A stretch of 58,407 bases of DNA from an uncultured Chloroflexota bacterium (GTDB lineage: Bacteria > Chloroflexota > Limnocylindria > Limnocylindrales > Limnocylindraceae): the NCBI GenBank assembly GCA_903864185.1, contig CAIPEX010000009.1, forward strand, positions 110,281 through 168,687, read 5' to 3'. Numbering within the stretch: position 1 is the first letter of the stretch; every line of letters begins with the position of its first letter. The notes beneath the pieces were generated by a model, which did not search any database, had not been told where the DNA came from, and saw only the letters and a program-made list of their open reading frames with translations. The position numbers and the translations under genes are program-made. Positions 44,590 through 54,081 of the stretch are shown in pieces.

Positions 44590-45788
44590 GGATTGAACCC
44601 GTACATCTCCGCCTTGCGCAGATGCTCCGCGAGCGTCTTGCTGTAATCGGTTGCCCCGTCACCACCAGGGATCGCAATGAAGTAGAGCTCCTTACGGCTG
44701 CTGTCTGGGTTTCGTGCGGCTGCGATCGACGCTGCGCTTGGCGTGCAGATCGGTGCGGGAGGCAGGCCGCGACGCGAGCGAGTGTTCCACCGCTGCAAAT
44801 CGCTAGGGATCGAAGGTGAAGAGGCCACGTCGTAGATCCCGTACGGGATAGACCAGAACACATACTTCTTCCAGCTAGAAATCGCGCGCTCACGCAGGTT
44901 TGCACTATCAATCATGTAGATCAATGTGACGTCCGAGCCTAGGCCCATCCCGACCTTCATGCGATAGGCAAAGACACCGGCAATCCGTGCGCGTTCAGCA
45001 TCAATCGATGCTTCGCGTTCGACGATTGAGGCAAGCGTGAGCACCTCGGCAAAGCTGCGCCCGTCAGCCGTAGCACCACGCAACTCCTCGGGGACGCTCT
45101 CGGCGAACCGATCAAGCATCATGCGCACGAAACCGTCGGCGGTCATGGAGAGCGGCACGTTAAAGACGCCAGTGCCGATGCGACCTTCAAGCGAATCTTT
45201 TGGTTTCAGGTCGAGCCATGCGTAGTCAGCGCGAATATCTTCGGGCGGGTTACGGAGGATCGACTCAACACTTGCCGGCGTAAAGGGAAGGTCGAGTGTG
45301 CTGAGCTTGGCAATCACCTGTTCAAGGCGGATCCCTGCACGTAGGGCGACAGCAACAGTTGGCTCGTGATACGGCGTCGTGAGCGCCGTCGCGACCTCGG
45401 TCGGCGTCATTGCAGGGGCCACAAAGAAATCGCCAGCTTGCAGTAGGCCATCGAGTCCAGCGCGGTGCACGGCAATGATGAACCCCGCCTTGTCACCGAT
45501 GAGCCCTGCGTTGAGGAGCTGGCTTGCGATTTCACCAGTTGCGGAGCCTTCGGCAATGCTCACTCGGAGCACGTCCGGGGAGTTCCCTGCCGGGTCGGTA
45601 AGACGGCTACCAAGTCGATCAAGAATAACATCACCGATAATTGGGAGGTCGGTGAGGCTTGGGCGAGCGATCGCAGCACGGATCAAACGATCGCCAATAA
45701 TCCCTGGCGCAATCAAGCGCACGCCAATGACGAGCGCGAACGCTACGGCAATCAACATACCGATTCGTCGGCGAACGTGTGGAGTCAT
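44586..45788 (-). CDS. mltG: endolytic murein transglycosylase MltG (YceG-like)
   Basis: N-terminal TM anchor, LysM-like segment, and a catalytic-region motif VLTLASIVEREA. Follows ruvX as in Bacillus (yrrK-yrrL). Confidence 0.82.
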   Translation of the reverse strand: MTPHVRRRIGMLIAVAFALVIGVRLIAPGIIGDRLIRAAIARPSLTDLPIIGDVILDRLGSRLTDPAGNSPDVLRVSIAEGSATGEIASQLLNAGLIGDKAGFIIAVHRAGLDGLLQAGDFFVAPAMTPTEVATALTTPYHEPTVAVALRAGIRLEQVIAKLSTLDLPFTPASVESILRNPPEDIRADYAWLDLKPKDSLEGRIGTGVFNVPLSMTADGFVRMMLDRFAESVPEELRGATADGRSFAEVLTLASIVEREASIDAERARIAGVFAYRMKVGMGLGSDVTLIYMIDSANLRERAISSWKKYVFWSIPYGIYDVASSPSIPSDLQRWNTRSRRGLPPAPICTPSAASIAAARNPDSSRKELYFIAIPGGDGATDYSKTLAEHLRKAEMYGFNP

Positions 45789-46291
45789 TTGTGCACCTCC
45801 TGCTCGCCAGCCAACGCTTCCGCAGACGCTACGGAGATCACGAGGGCGGGATTTGCGTAATCTTCAAGGATGAGCCGCGCCGCTGCTTGATCAAGCGCGG
45901 CACGATGTGCCTCGCGTCGCACGGGACCTGGTGGCCCGCCACCGCTGCCGCGGGAGGCTCGCCCAACGAGCTGCGCGGCGCGCTCAGATGAGTAGCGTTC
46001 ATCAACAAAGCACACCGGCAGGCTGACAGCATGCGCAACGGCAACCGCCCACGCGTGTGTCGCTTCCGCCTGTTCACTCCATCTGCCATCACTATGGAGC
46101 GGCAGCCCAACAGCGAGCTGCTCGACGCGTGACTCTGCGCAAATCACCATCAGGCGCTCAGCATCACCAGCGATCGACGCCGACCGACCCAGGGTTGAAA
46201 GGCCGCGGACGCTCCCTCGATCGTCGCTCACTGCGAGGCCGATTCGGCGGTCGCCGAGATCAATCGCGAGGACGCGCGTAGCACCGCTCAC
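45785..46291 (-). CDS. ruvX: Holliday junction resolvase-like / pre-16S rRNA nuclease RuvX (YqgF)
   Basis: VLAIDLGDRRIGLAVSD N-terminus and VDERYSS motif. Confidence 0.85.
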   Translation of the reverse strand: MSGATRVLAIDLGDRRIGLAVSDDRGSVRGLSTLGRSASIAGDAERLMVICAESRVEQLAVGLPLHSDGRWSEQAEATHAWAVAVAHAVSLPVCFVDERYSSERAAQLVGRASRGSGGGPPGPVRREAHRAALDQAAARLILEDYANPALVISVASAEALAGEQEVHK

Positions 46292-49032
46292 GTGGCACTG
46301 ACCGGCGTGACACCGAGTGCTTGAGCAAGGGCTGCTACTGCCGCGTGTGGATCGCCCCCTTCTGCACCTCTCCCCTGGCCCATTGCGGGTCGCCCGCCGC
46401 CGCGCCCGCCAACTGCTGCAGCAGCGCTCGTTGCGAGTGCACCAGCGTCGGCCTGCGAAGCATCGACCCCCTCAGCAGTGACGAAAATCTCGGCCACATC
46501 ACCTGCGTTGACGAGTGCGATCACCCCTGCGCCGAGCTTCTCTCGCAGGCGCTTTGCAGCATCTTTTACCGCTTCTAGATCGCCCAGATCAACGAGGGCG
46601 ACGAGGGCACGAATGCCTCCGGCGTTCTCTGGTGTGGCCGCGGCGATCTTGGCAATGTCGAGTGATCCGCCCGTGCTGGAGCGCGCCCGACGCCGTGCCT
46701 CTTTGAGCTCCTTCTGAAGTGCTGCGATCCGCTCTGACACAAGCGCCACCTCTTGGACACCAAGCAGCGTGGCTGCCTCGGCGATCACGCGGCTGCGCGC
46801 ACGCAGATACTGGTCGGCTGCATCGCCGGTAAGTGCCTCGACACGGCGAAGTCCTGAGCCGATGCTCCGCTCAGACGTAATCACAAAGTTTCCAACCTGC
46901 CCCGTTGCCGTGCAATGTGTTCCTCCGCAAAGTTCATGCGAGTAGGACTCCATCTGAACCGTGCGTACTCGCTCGCCGTATTTTTCGTCGAAGAAGGCAT
47001 CAGCGCCTGCATCGACCGCCTCCTTCATGGTCATTTCGGCCACCGTAACTTTGAGATCCTCGCGAATCGCGCGCTGCACCTCATTTTCCGTTGCGTCGAG
47101 TTCAGCATCGGTGAGCGCTCGGTCGAGCGGGTAGTCGAAGCGCAGGTAGTCAGGGTGCACGAGTGACCCGCGCTGTTTTGCCTCAGGACCAGTGATAACG
47201 CGGATCGCTCGGTGTAAGAGATGCGTTGCGGTGTGGTTCCGCATTGTCTTCTCACGGCGCGCAGCGTCAACAGTGATCTCCACCGTGTCGCCTACCTTCA
47301 TCGTGAGCTCCGCCTCTACCTCGTGGAGGGCAAGCGTACTGAGAGGTCGCTGCGTATCGGTGATGCGGGCGAGTCGCTTACCCTTGGAGTCGCTGACGGC
47401 TCCCTGGTCACCCACCTGCCCGCCCCGCTCTGCATAGAACGGTGTCTCGGCAACGACCATCTGGCCAGATGCACCCCCCTTGATCTCGTCAACGGGCAAC
47501 CCGTCAACGAGGAGCGCAAGCACCCTCACGTTCGCGGAGAGATGCTCGTACCCAATGAACCGTGTCTCACCATGGACGCGCAAGAGATCTTCAAGTCGCG
47601 CCGTGGTTGCTGCGTGCTCCGCAAGTGCAGCCTTCTTGCCGCCGCGGCTTCGCTCACGCTGCTCGAGCAGCGCAGCGTCAAATCCAGCGCGGTCCACTGC
47701 GACGCCACTCTCTGCAGCAAGTTCGATCGTCAGGTCGATTGGGAAGCCATAGGTGTCGTGCAGCTTGAACGCGGTCTCTCCGTCAAGCTGCGGCGCGTTT
47801 ACCGGGAGGTCGTCGGCGCGCTGCCCGACGGTTCGTGTTCCTGTCGTAACGAGAGGTGCGATTGCCGCTGCGAGGAGCTCAGACCCTCCATCAAGCGTGC
47901 GTGCAAACTGCGCCTCTTCGCGCTCTAATGCTTCGATGATCCCGGATTTTGCTTCATGCAAGTACGGATATGCATCGCTCATCGTGGCGATCACCGACGA
48001 AACAATCTTCGAAAGGAAGGCCTCTCGCAAGCCGAGGATGCGGCCGTGGCGAACGGCACGACGCACAATCCGACGCGCAACGTAGCCTCGTCCCTCGTTG
48101 CTTGGGCGCACGCCATCAGCCAGAAGGAAGGTGACCGCGCGGGCGTGATCGGCGATGACCTGGTAGCTGAACCGGTGGGCTTCAAACTCACTCTTCTTGT
48201 CTCCTGTGAGCGAGCGGAGCGCCTCATGGAGCGGAAGGAAAAGATCGGTGTCGTAGTTTGAGAGCACCTGTTGACTGACGCTGGCGAGGCGCTCGAGCCC
48301 CATGCCCGTGTCGACGCTCTTGAACGGAAGTTCAGTGCGCCGTCCATCTGGATGCTGCTCGTACTGCATGAAGACGAGGTTCCAGATCTCGAGCCAGCGT
48401 GGGCAGTGTTCCGAATGGTCCGGCAAGCAGTCGGGACCGCACGAAAGATCGGCACCGCGGTCAAAGTGAATTTCCGAACACGGACCGCACGGCCCCGTCT
48501 CCGCCATCCGCCAGAAGTTCGCATCGTTCCCTACATCGACGTTGCCCCAGCGCGCTAGACGTTCGCGCGGCAGCTTCACCTCGTTGAGCCAGATCTGAGC
48601 CGCCTCCTCATCATCGGTGTACACCGTCGCTGCAAGGCGGTCGGCGGGGATGCCAACCTCCACAGTGAGAAACTCCCAGGCCCACATGATTGCCTCGCGC
48701 TTGAAGTAGTCGCCAAACGACCAGGAGCCAAGCATCTCAAAGAGGGTGTGGTGGCGCGGAGTTCGGCCGACCTCCTCAAAGTCATTGTGCTTCCCTGCTA
48801 CGCGCAGGCAACGCTGGTAGTCGACCGCACGTGCATACGAGCGGGTCTCTGCTCCGCTGAAGATGCCCTTGAACTGCACCATGCCTGAGTTGGTGAAGAG
48901 GAGCGTCGCATCGCCGGCCGGGACGAGTGAGGCGCTGGGGACAGGCGTGTGGTCGCGCTTCTCAAAGAAGGCGACAAAGCTCGCCCGCAACGCTGCGGCG
49001 CTCTGCGACTGGATACGAGGATCACGCTCCAC
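46288..49032 (-). CDS. alaS: alanine--tRNA ligase
   Basis: 914 aa with class II core (FTNSGMVQFK, RCLRVAGKHNDFEEVG, WSFGDYFK), editing-domain HxxxH/CxxxH motifs (HTATHLLH, HELCGGTHC) and a C-terminal DHHA1-like domain. GTG start. Confidence 0.95.
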   Translation of the reverse strand: MERDPRIQSQSAAALRASFVAFFEKRDHTPVPSASLVPAGDATLLFTNSGMVQFKGIFSGAETRSYARAVDYQRCLRVAGKHNDFEEVGRTPRHHTLFEMLGSWSFGDYFKREAIMWAWEFLTVEVGIPADRLAATVYTDDEEAAQIWLNEVKLPRERLARWGNVDVGNDANFWRMAETGPCGPCSEIHFDRGADLSCGPDCLPDHSEHCPRWLEIWNLVFMQYEQHPDGRRTELPFKSVDTGMGLERLASVSQQVLSNYDTDLFLPLHEALRSLTGDKKSEFEAHRFSYQVIADHARAVTFLLADGVRPSNEGRGYVARRIVRRAVRHGRILGLREAFLSKIVSSVIATMSDAYPYLHEAKSGIIEALEREEAQFARTLDGGSELLAAAIAPLVTTGTRTVGQRADDLPVNAPQLDGETAFKLHDTYGFPIDLTIELAAESGVAVDRAGFDAALLEQRERSRGGKKAALAEHAATTARLEDLLRVHGETRFIGYEHLSANVRVLALLVDGLPVDEIKGGASGQMVVAETPFYAERGGQVGDQGAVSDSKGKRLARITDTQRPLSTLALHEVEAELTMKVGDTVEITVDAARREKTMRNHTATHLLHRAIRVITGPEAKQRGSLVHPDYLRFDYPLDRALTDAELDATENEVQRAIREDLKVTVAEMTMKEAVDAGADAFFDEKYGERVRTVQMESYSHELCGGTHCTATGQVGNFVITSERSIGSGLRRVEALTGDAADQYLRARSRVIAEAATLLGVQEVALVSERIAALQKELKEARRRARSSTGGSLDIAKIAAATPENAGGIRALVALVDLGDLEAVKDAAKRLREKLGAGVIALVNAGDVAEIFVTAEGVDASQADAGALATSAAAAVGGRGGGRPAMGQGRGAEGGDPHAAVAALAQALGVTPVSAT

Positions 49033-49038
49033 GGAGTG

Positions 49039-49047
49039 AGCGTAGCA
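49039..49047 (-). promoter_or_regulatory. extended -10-like element TGcTACGCT, 6 nt upstream of the alaS GTG start (leaderless candidate)
   Basis: The minus strand reads TGcTACGCT-cactcc-GTG with no SD. The identical 9-mer occurs in the predicted infC promoter (15885-15877). Confidence 0.3.
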
Positions 49048-49062
49048 GAGGCGTTTGGCGGC

Positions 49063-49332
49063 CTAGGACTCTTGCCCGCGACGCCAATCGGTCGCAACGC
49101 GAGCGGCGAATCGCTCGAAGAGGAGCGCCCCAAGCACCGGCGCAGGCCACGCAACACCGCCGACGGAAAGGAGCCCGCCGAAGAGTCCGCTTCCGATCCC
49201 CTGCCCGAGCAGCGCACCCACGGCAGCCGCGGCAAGAGCGATGGGAAATGAGGCGCGGCTTCCGAGGAGGCGCCCGACCATCAGGGCGGCAAGCGCCGCC
49301 AACGCGAGCAGGAGGGGGGCCGGCTCAATCAT
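49063..49332 (-). CDS. small glycine-rich membrane protein, possibly GlsB/YeaQ/YmgE-like
   Basis: 89 aa with 2-3 hydrophobic segments containing GxxxG-type repeats (AVGALLGQGIGSGLFGGLL). ATGA overlap with the mnmA stop. Family call is tentative. Confidence 0.4.
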   Translation of the reverse strand: MIEPAPLLLALAALAALMVGRLLGSRASFPIALAAAAVGALLGQGIGSGLFGGLLSVGGVAWPAPVLGALLFERFAARVATDWRRGQES

Positions 49333-50481
49333 TGGGAGGCACCTCGGGCAACGCGACCGCCAGCAACGAGCGTCTCGGCGTCGTAGAGGACGACGGTCTG
49401 TCCCGGCGAGGCGGCCCAGAGTGGGGTGTCGAGTTGCAACCGGGCGCGCCCCTCCCCCTCTCCATGCAGGGTGCCGCTCGCGAGACTGCCGCGATGCCGA
49501 ATGCGCACTTGGCCACGCAGGGTGGCGCCACGCACAAGTTCTCCTTCTGGTGTCCGTACGCCTTCGAGAAGTATCTCGCGTCGCTCTAAATCTTCACGAC
49601 GCCCAATCGTGATGCGATTCGTTCGTGGATCGATCGCGCTCACATAGCGCGGACTTTCAAGTGCGACCCCGATTCCGCGGCGCTGGCCGACCGTGTACGC
49701 GGCGCTCCCCTCGTGCTGGCCGAGCACCTCGCCGTGCACATCGACAACCTCTCCGGGAACCTGCGACCAGCCGCGCTCACGCAAGAGTGCGCGGTAGTCG
49801 CCTGTAGGCACAAAGCAAATCTCTTGGCTCTCTGGCTTCTCTGCCGTCGGAAGATTGCGCGCGCGCTGCAGCGCGAACCTCTGGCTTCGTCATCTCGCCA
49901 AGGGGGAATCGAGCTCGAGCCAGTGCCTCGCCATCGAGGCCGTGCAAGAAATACGTCTGATCCTTCTCTCGGTCGACAGCTGCGCGAAGGCGCCAGGCGG
50001 TGCCGTCTTCGCGCATGGCACGCCGCGCGTAGTGTCCAGTAGCGACAGCATCACAGGTGTAGATTGCCGCAGCCTTCCCAACCAAGGCGCCGAACTTCAC
50101 TGCGGTATTACACCCAACGCAGGGGCTCGGCGTCTCACCGTCGAGATATGAGGCAACAAATGGCTCAAGCACCGCATCGGCAAACTCCTGCTCAAGGTTC
50201 TGGATATGAAATGGAATCCCGAGCTGATCCGCAACACGCCGCGCATCGTCTGCTGCGTCCAGCGTGCAACAACTCTTCCTGCCTGCATCAACGCTATCGG
50301 CAGCAGAGTGGAGGCGCATCCAGACGCCGACAACGTCATGGCCCTGCTCCACGAGGAGGGCAGCAGCAAGCGACGAGTCGACGCCGCCCGAGAGCGCGAT
50401 GAGGACGCGCTCCCGTGCGCTCGGTACAGGAGCGGCGATCCAGCCCTGCGGGAGCACTGAAGAGGCGCCCGTACGTGTCAT
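49329..50481 (-). pseudogene. mnmA: tRNA 2-thiouridine(34) synthase MnmA, split as assembled by a frameshift in a (GC)5 run at 49857-49866
   Basis: The N-terminal ORF (50481 to 49777) has the PP-loop ALSGGVDSS and runs to ...MTKPEVRAAARA, then goes out of frame. The other frame continues NLPTAEKPESQEICFVPTGDYRALL... to 49329, with the conserved catalytic-Cys context. Confidence 0.88.
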
Positions 50482-51629
50482 TGTGCAACTCCGACGGCCC
50501 GGATCCGCTGGGAGACCCTGGCGAGTGCAGCCGCAGCGACTACGGGCTCACGCGATGTATTCGTGCGACTGAAGATCAAGCGTAGGCCGCCCTGTGCTGC
50601 TGACGTTGAGAGCCCACATGCCTGCAGCGCTTCTGATGGCTCTCGTGAACCACTGAGGCAGGCGGAGCCAGTTGATACGGCAATCCCCTCGTGATCAAGT
50701 GCTGCGACCAGATCGTCTCCGAGCACCCAATCGGCAGCGTACGAGCGGTGCCCAGGAAGGCGCGCTGTGGAATCACGTGGGCCAGTGGTGCGGAGGCCAT
50801 GCTGCTCTGGCGCACCGAGCGCATGGTCGAACGCGCCCCCAAGATTCGCAGCATGTGCTGCCGTCTCTGCCTCCTCAGTTTGGGAGAGGCGCAGTGCCAA
50901 CGCAAATGCGTCGGCCAACACTACCGCCTCGGTCCCGCCTCGCCGGCCGCGCTCTTGTCCGCCGCCAGGAACGAGGGGCACTAATTTTCGATCGGTGGCG
51001 CTGACGAGCGCGGCGACGCCCACTGGTCCTTCGAGCTTTGCCGAGCCGATCACAAGGTGATCGATGCCGATGTTCATCCTGATCGAGCCTGATGATGCAC
51101 GTTGCACGCCGTCGAGAATAATCGCGCCGCCACCAGCTGCACGCCAGGAAGAGATAAACGGTGCGAGTGACTGGATCGCTCCCAGCTCGCCTGAGGCGGC
51201 GGAGAGAAGCGCGGTCGCACCGTCAATGTCGTGGAACAGCTCGGGGCTGAGCACCCAGTATCCCTCGTCGGTAAGTGGGATCAGGCGCACGGCGCCACCC
51301 GCTGCTGCGTGTCGCGCAGCAAGCGTGCGCGCCCCCCGATGTTCACCCGCACTCGTTACAAGGAGTGATCTTGGTCGCACTTCGCTATGGAAGGCCAGGG
51401 CGAGTGCCTCTGAGGCGGTACCGGTGAAGACGAGCTGTGCAGCATCGGCACCGAATGCCCCTGCAACTGCGTGGCGTGCCGCATCGAGCAGTGCGCGCGC
51501 GCGACGTGCCTCTACGTGGCCACCATTTGGGTTGGCAATTCCTTCTGCGTAGAGTTCAGCCATCCGCTGAGCTACCTCTACACGTACCGGGAGACCAGCC
51601 GCACCGTCGAGAAAGACTCGCTCTGCCAA
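50478..51629 (-). CDS. class V aminotransferase / cysteine desulfurase (NifS/IscS/YrvO-like)
   Basis: FLDGAAGLP, NPNGGH, PLP-lysine region GSAKLEGPVGVAAL, GGGQERGRRGGTE and active-site loop STGSAC. It lies directly upstream of mnmA, as in the Bacillus yrvO-mnmA pair. The His that usually precedes the PLP Lys (HK) is Ala here. Confidence 0.8.
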   Translation of the reverse strand: MAERVFLDGAAGLPVRVEVAQRMAELYAEGIANPNGGHVEARRARALLDAARHAVAGAFGADAAQLVFTGTASEALALAFHSEVRPRSLLVTSAGEHRGARTLAARHAAAGGAVRLIPLTDEGYWVLSPELFHDIDGATALLSAASGELGAIQSLAPFISSWRAAGGGAIILDGVQRASSGSIRMNIGIDHLVIGSAKLEGPVGVAALVSATDRKLVPLVPGGGQERGRRGGTEAVVLADAFALALRLSQTEEAETAAHAANLGGAFDHALGAPEQHGLRTTGPRDSTARLPGHRSYAADWVLGDDLVAALDHEGIAVSTGSACLSGSREPSEALQACGLSTSAAQGGLRLIFSRTNTSREPVVAAAALARVSQRIRAVGVAQ

Positions 51630-51641
51630 GCCACTCCCCCT

Positions 51642-53501
51642 CTATGACTCCCGCATCTCTGCACGGCGACCTGCATCACGACGTCGATCATTCTCGTTGA
51701 GCAGTCGCTTGCGAAGTCGCAACGAGGTAGGGGTCACCTCAATGAGCTCGTCTGGGCCGATGAATTCGAGTGCGTTCTCCAGCGCCATCCGGCGGGGCGG
51801 TGTCAGGCGGATCGCCTCGTCGTGTGAATGCGTGCGCATGTTTGTCAACTTCTTCTCGCGAACTGCGTTGACATCCATGTCTCCTGGCTTTGCACTCTCG
51901 CCGATGATCTGCCCCTCGTAGGTCTGCTCCCCTTCATTCACAAAGAGCTCGCCGCGCTCCTGGAGGCCATAGAGGCCGAATCCAGTGGTGACGCCAGTTC
52001 GGTCAGAGATCAGACAGCCGTTCGTTCGATGTGGAATCTCACCAACCCATGCATGGTAGCCAGCACTCAACTGGTGAATGAGGGCCGTGCCGCGTGTCTC
52101 GGTGAGGATGCGGCCGCGCACGCCGATCAGGCCACGCGTGGGGATCAAGAAGTCAACGCGCGCACGATTATCAGCACCGTGCGAAATGTTCTCCATCTTC
52201 GCTCGGCGCTCGGCAAGAATTCCAGTGATCGTCCCAACGAAATCGACGGGGACGTCGATCGTGAGGCGTTCAAACGGCTCCTCAATGCCGTTATCGGTAC
52301 GGTGCAGGAGAACCTCTGGTCGCGAGACCTCAAGCTCAAACCCTTCGCGACGCATCTGCTCGACGAGGATCGCGAGCTGCAACTCGCCACGCCCGCGCAC
52401 CTGGAATGCTTCGCCTGTATCTGTTGGGCTCACCTCAATCGCCGGGTTGCCGAGTACCTCTTTCTCGAGGCGTGCCTTCAGCTGGCGTGAGGTCAGGAAC
52501 TTCCCCTCCTTGCCGCCAATCGGGCTTGTGTTGACGCCGAAGGTCATCTGGAGCGTCGGCGGGTCGACACGCAAGCGCTCCAGTGGGCGTGGGTCTGCCG
52601 GGTCGGTAATCGTTTCACCAATCTCTGCGTCGGCGATCCCGGCGATGCCGACGATCTCGCCTGGTCCAGCCTCTGGCACTTCGGTTCGCTCAATCCCGAC
52701 CGGGAGCGTCAGGCTTGTCACCGTTCCAGAGATGTTTCCCGTATCTCGAACAATCGTGATCTTCGCGCCCTTGCGCGCTACCCCGTTGCGGATACGACCA
52801 ATTGCGATACGTCCAACAAAATCATTCGCTGCAAGGTTGGTGATCAGCACCTGCAGCGGGTGGCCAGGCTCATGCATCGGAGCGGGCGTGGTCTCGAGAA
52901 CACAGTCGAGGAGCGGGATGAGGTCAACACCCGGTACGGCGAGGTCACGCGTCGCCGTTCCTGCGCGCGCGTTGGTGTAGATGATGGGGAAATCAATCTG
53001 CTTTTCATCTGCGCCGAGATCAAGGAAGAGCTCGTACACTTCATCGATCACTTCGCTGATGCGCGCATCTGAGCGATCGATCTTGTTGATCACGAGGATG
53101 ACAGGAAGCGATCGTGCAAGTGCCTTCGAGAGCACGTAGCGGGTTTGTGGCAGTGGTCCTTCTGATGCATCGACAAGGAGGAGCACCGCATCAACCGCGA
53201 GGAGGCTGCGCTCGACCTCACCACCGAAGTCTGCATGTCCCGGCGTGTCGACAATGACGACACGGACACCCTTAAACTGAATCGCAGTCTCCTTCGCGAG
53301 GATCGTGATCCCCTTCTCGCGCTCGAGGTCGCCACTATCCATCACGCGCTCGATGAGCTCCTCATTGGCTCGGAAGGCGCCATTCTGGCGAAGCAGGCTA
53401 TCCACGAGCGTTGTCTTGCCGTGGTCAACGTGCGCGACGATGCCGACGGTGCGAATTCCCGTCTGCGCGACAAGGCCTGCTGGAGCGTTCACAGTGGTCA
53501 T
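51642..53501 (-). CDS. typA: translational GTPase TypA/BipA
   Basis: [29 protein letters not shown] and NKID motifs, with EF-G-like domains and a BipA C-terminal domain. The start is set at the ATG at 53501; the longer ORF to 53639 has no homology. Confidence 0.92.
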   Translation of the reverse strand: MTTVNAPAGLVAQTGIRTVGIVAHVDHGKTTLVDSLLRQNGAFRANEELIERVMDSGDLEREKGITILAKETAIQFKGVRVVIVDTPGHADFGGEVERSLLAVDAVLLLVDASEGPLPQTRYVLSKALARSLPVILVINKIDRSDARISEVIDEVYELFLDLGADEKQIDFPIIYTNARAGTATRDLAVPGVDLIPLLDCVLETTPAPMHEPGHPLQVLITNLAANDFVGRIAIGRIRNGVARKGAKITIVRDTGNISGTVTSLTLPVGIERTEVPEAGPGEIVGIAGIADAEIGETITDPADPRPLERLRVDPPTLQMTFGVNTSPIGGKEGKFLTSRQLKARLEKEVLGNPAIEVSPTDTGEAFQVRGRGELQLAILVEQMRREGFELEVSRPEVLLHRTDNGIEEPFERLTIDVPVDFVGTITGILAERRAKMENISHGADNRARVDFLIPTRGLIGVRGRILTETRGTALIHQLSAGYHAWVGEIPHRTNGCLISDRTGVTTGFGLYGLQERGELFVNEGEQTYEGQIIGESAKPGDMDVNAVREKKLTNMRTHSHDEAIRLTPPRRMALENALEFIGPDELIEVTPTSLRLRKRLLNENDRRRDAGRRAEMRES

Positions 53502-53508
53502 GTGGGAG

Positions 53509-53538
53509 ATTCTCGCACGCTTCGGCGCTGCGTATACT
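53509..53538. promoter_or_regulatory. back-to-back -10-like elements in the 43-bp typA / hypothetical-gene divergent spacer
   Basis: The minus strand has TGcGAGAAT (53517-53509), then 7 nt, then the typA ATG. The plus strand has TATACT (53533-53538), then 6 nt, then the ATG at 53545. Neither gene has a properly spaced SD. Confidence 0.35.
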
Positions 53539-53544
53539 GAGGGC

Positions 53545-54081
53545 ATGACCGTCGCTGCGCTGATCGTTGCCGAACAGGAGCCTCTGAGCCGTGTCGCGCT
53601 CGATCGCCTGGTCGAAGCCGCCTGGTCTGGGGGCGCCAATCCGGTGCTCGTTTCGGGCCTGCCAGATGGCGCAAAACTGCCGGAACTTGCTCAGGCGGTA
53701 GGCACAAGTGACCTCGATGCAGCCGGCAATGAGGCCCAACGCACCGTGGCTGCCACGAGCGCCATCATTCGCCTCCCGTTAAGCCACGCGGGCATCGATC
53801 CCGAGACGATTACCGCTCTGATCACTGCCCACGGGCGCATGCCGCAGGCAACGCTTGCAGCAACGTACAACACGGTTCGCGGTCCGATTCGACTGACTCC
53901 GCTCAGTGGACCTGCGGCGAGTGAGCGGCCAGATGAGCCCGTTGACGTTGACTGCGGTGATGAGGCTGCTGTCGTCGCTTCAGACGGGCGGGCGCCATTA
54001 AGTTATGACGCACCACCGGCTAACCACGGCACGGTTGACCCCTGGGAGCAGCGCGGCGACGCGGCGAGCGAGCGCGACTAA
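53545..54081 (+). CDS. hypothetical protein, faint MobA/MocA-like nucleotidyltransferase resemblance without the nucleotide-binding loop
   Basis: 178 aa: MTVAALIVAEQEPLSRV..., ...IIRLPLSHAGIDPETITALITAH..., ...ATYNTVRGPIRL. The layout recalls MocA/MobA, but the LAAGxGxR(M/L)G loop is replaced by VAEQEPLSRV. Acidic C-terminal tail. Low confidence. Confidence 0.35.
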   Translation: MTVAALIVAEQEPLSRVALDRLVEAAWSGGANPVLVSGLPDGAKLPELAQAVGTSDLDAAGNEAQRTVAATSAIIRLPLSHAGIDPETITALITAHGRMPQATLAATYNTVRGPIRLTPLSGPAASERPDEPVDVDCGDEAAVVASDGRAPLSYDAPPANHGTVDPWEQRGDAASERD

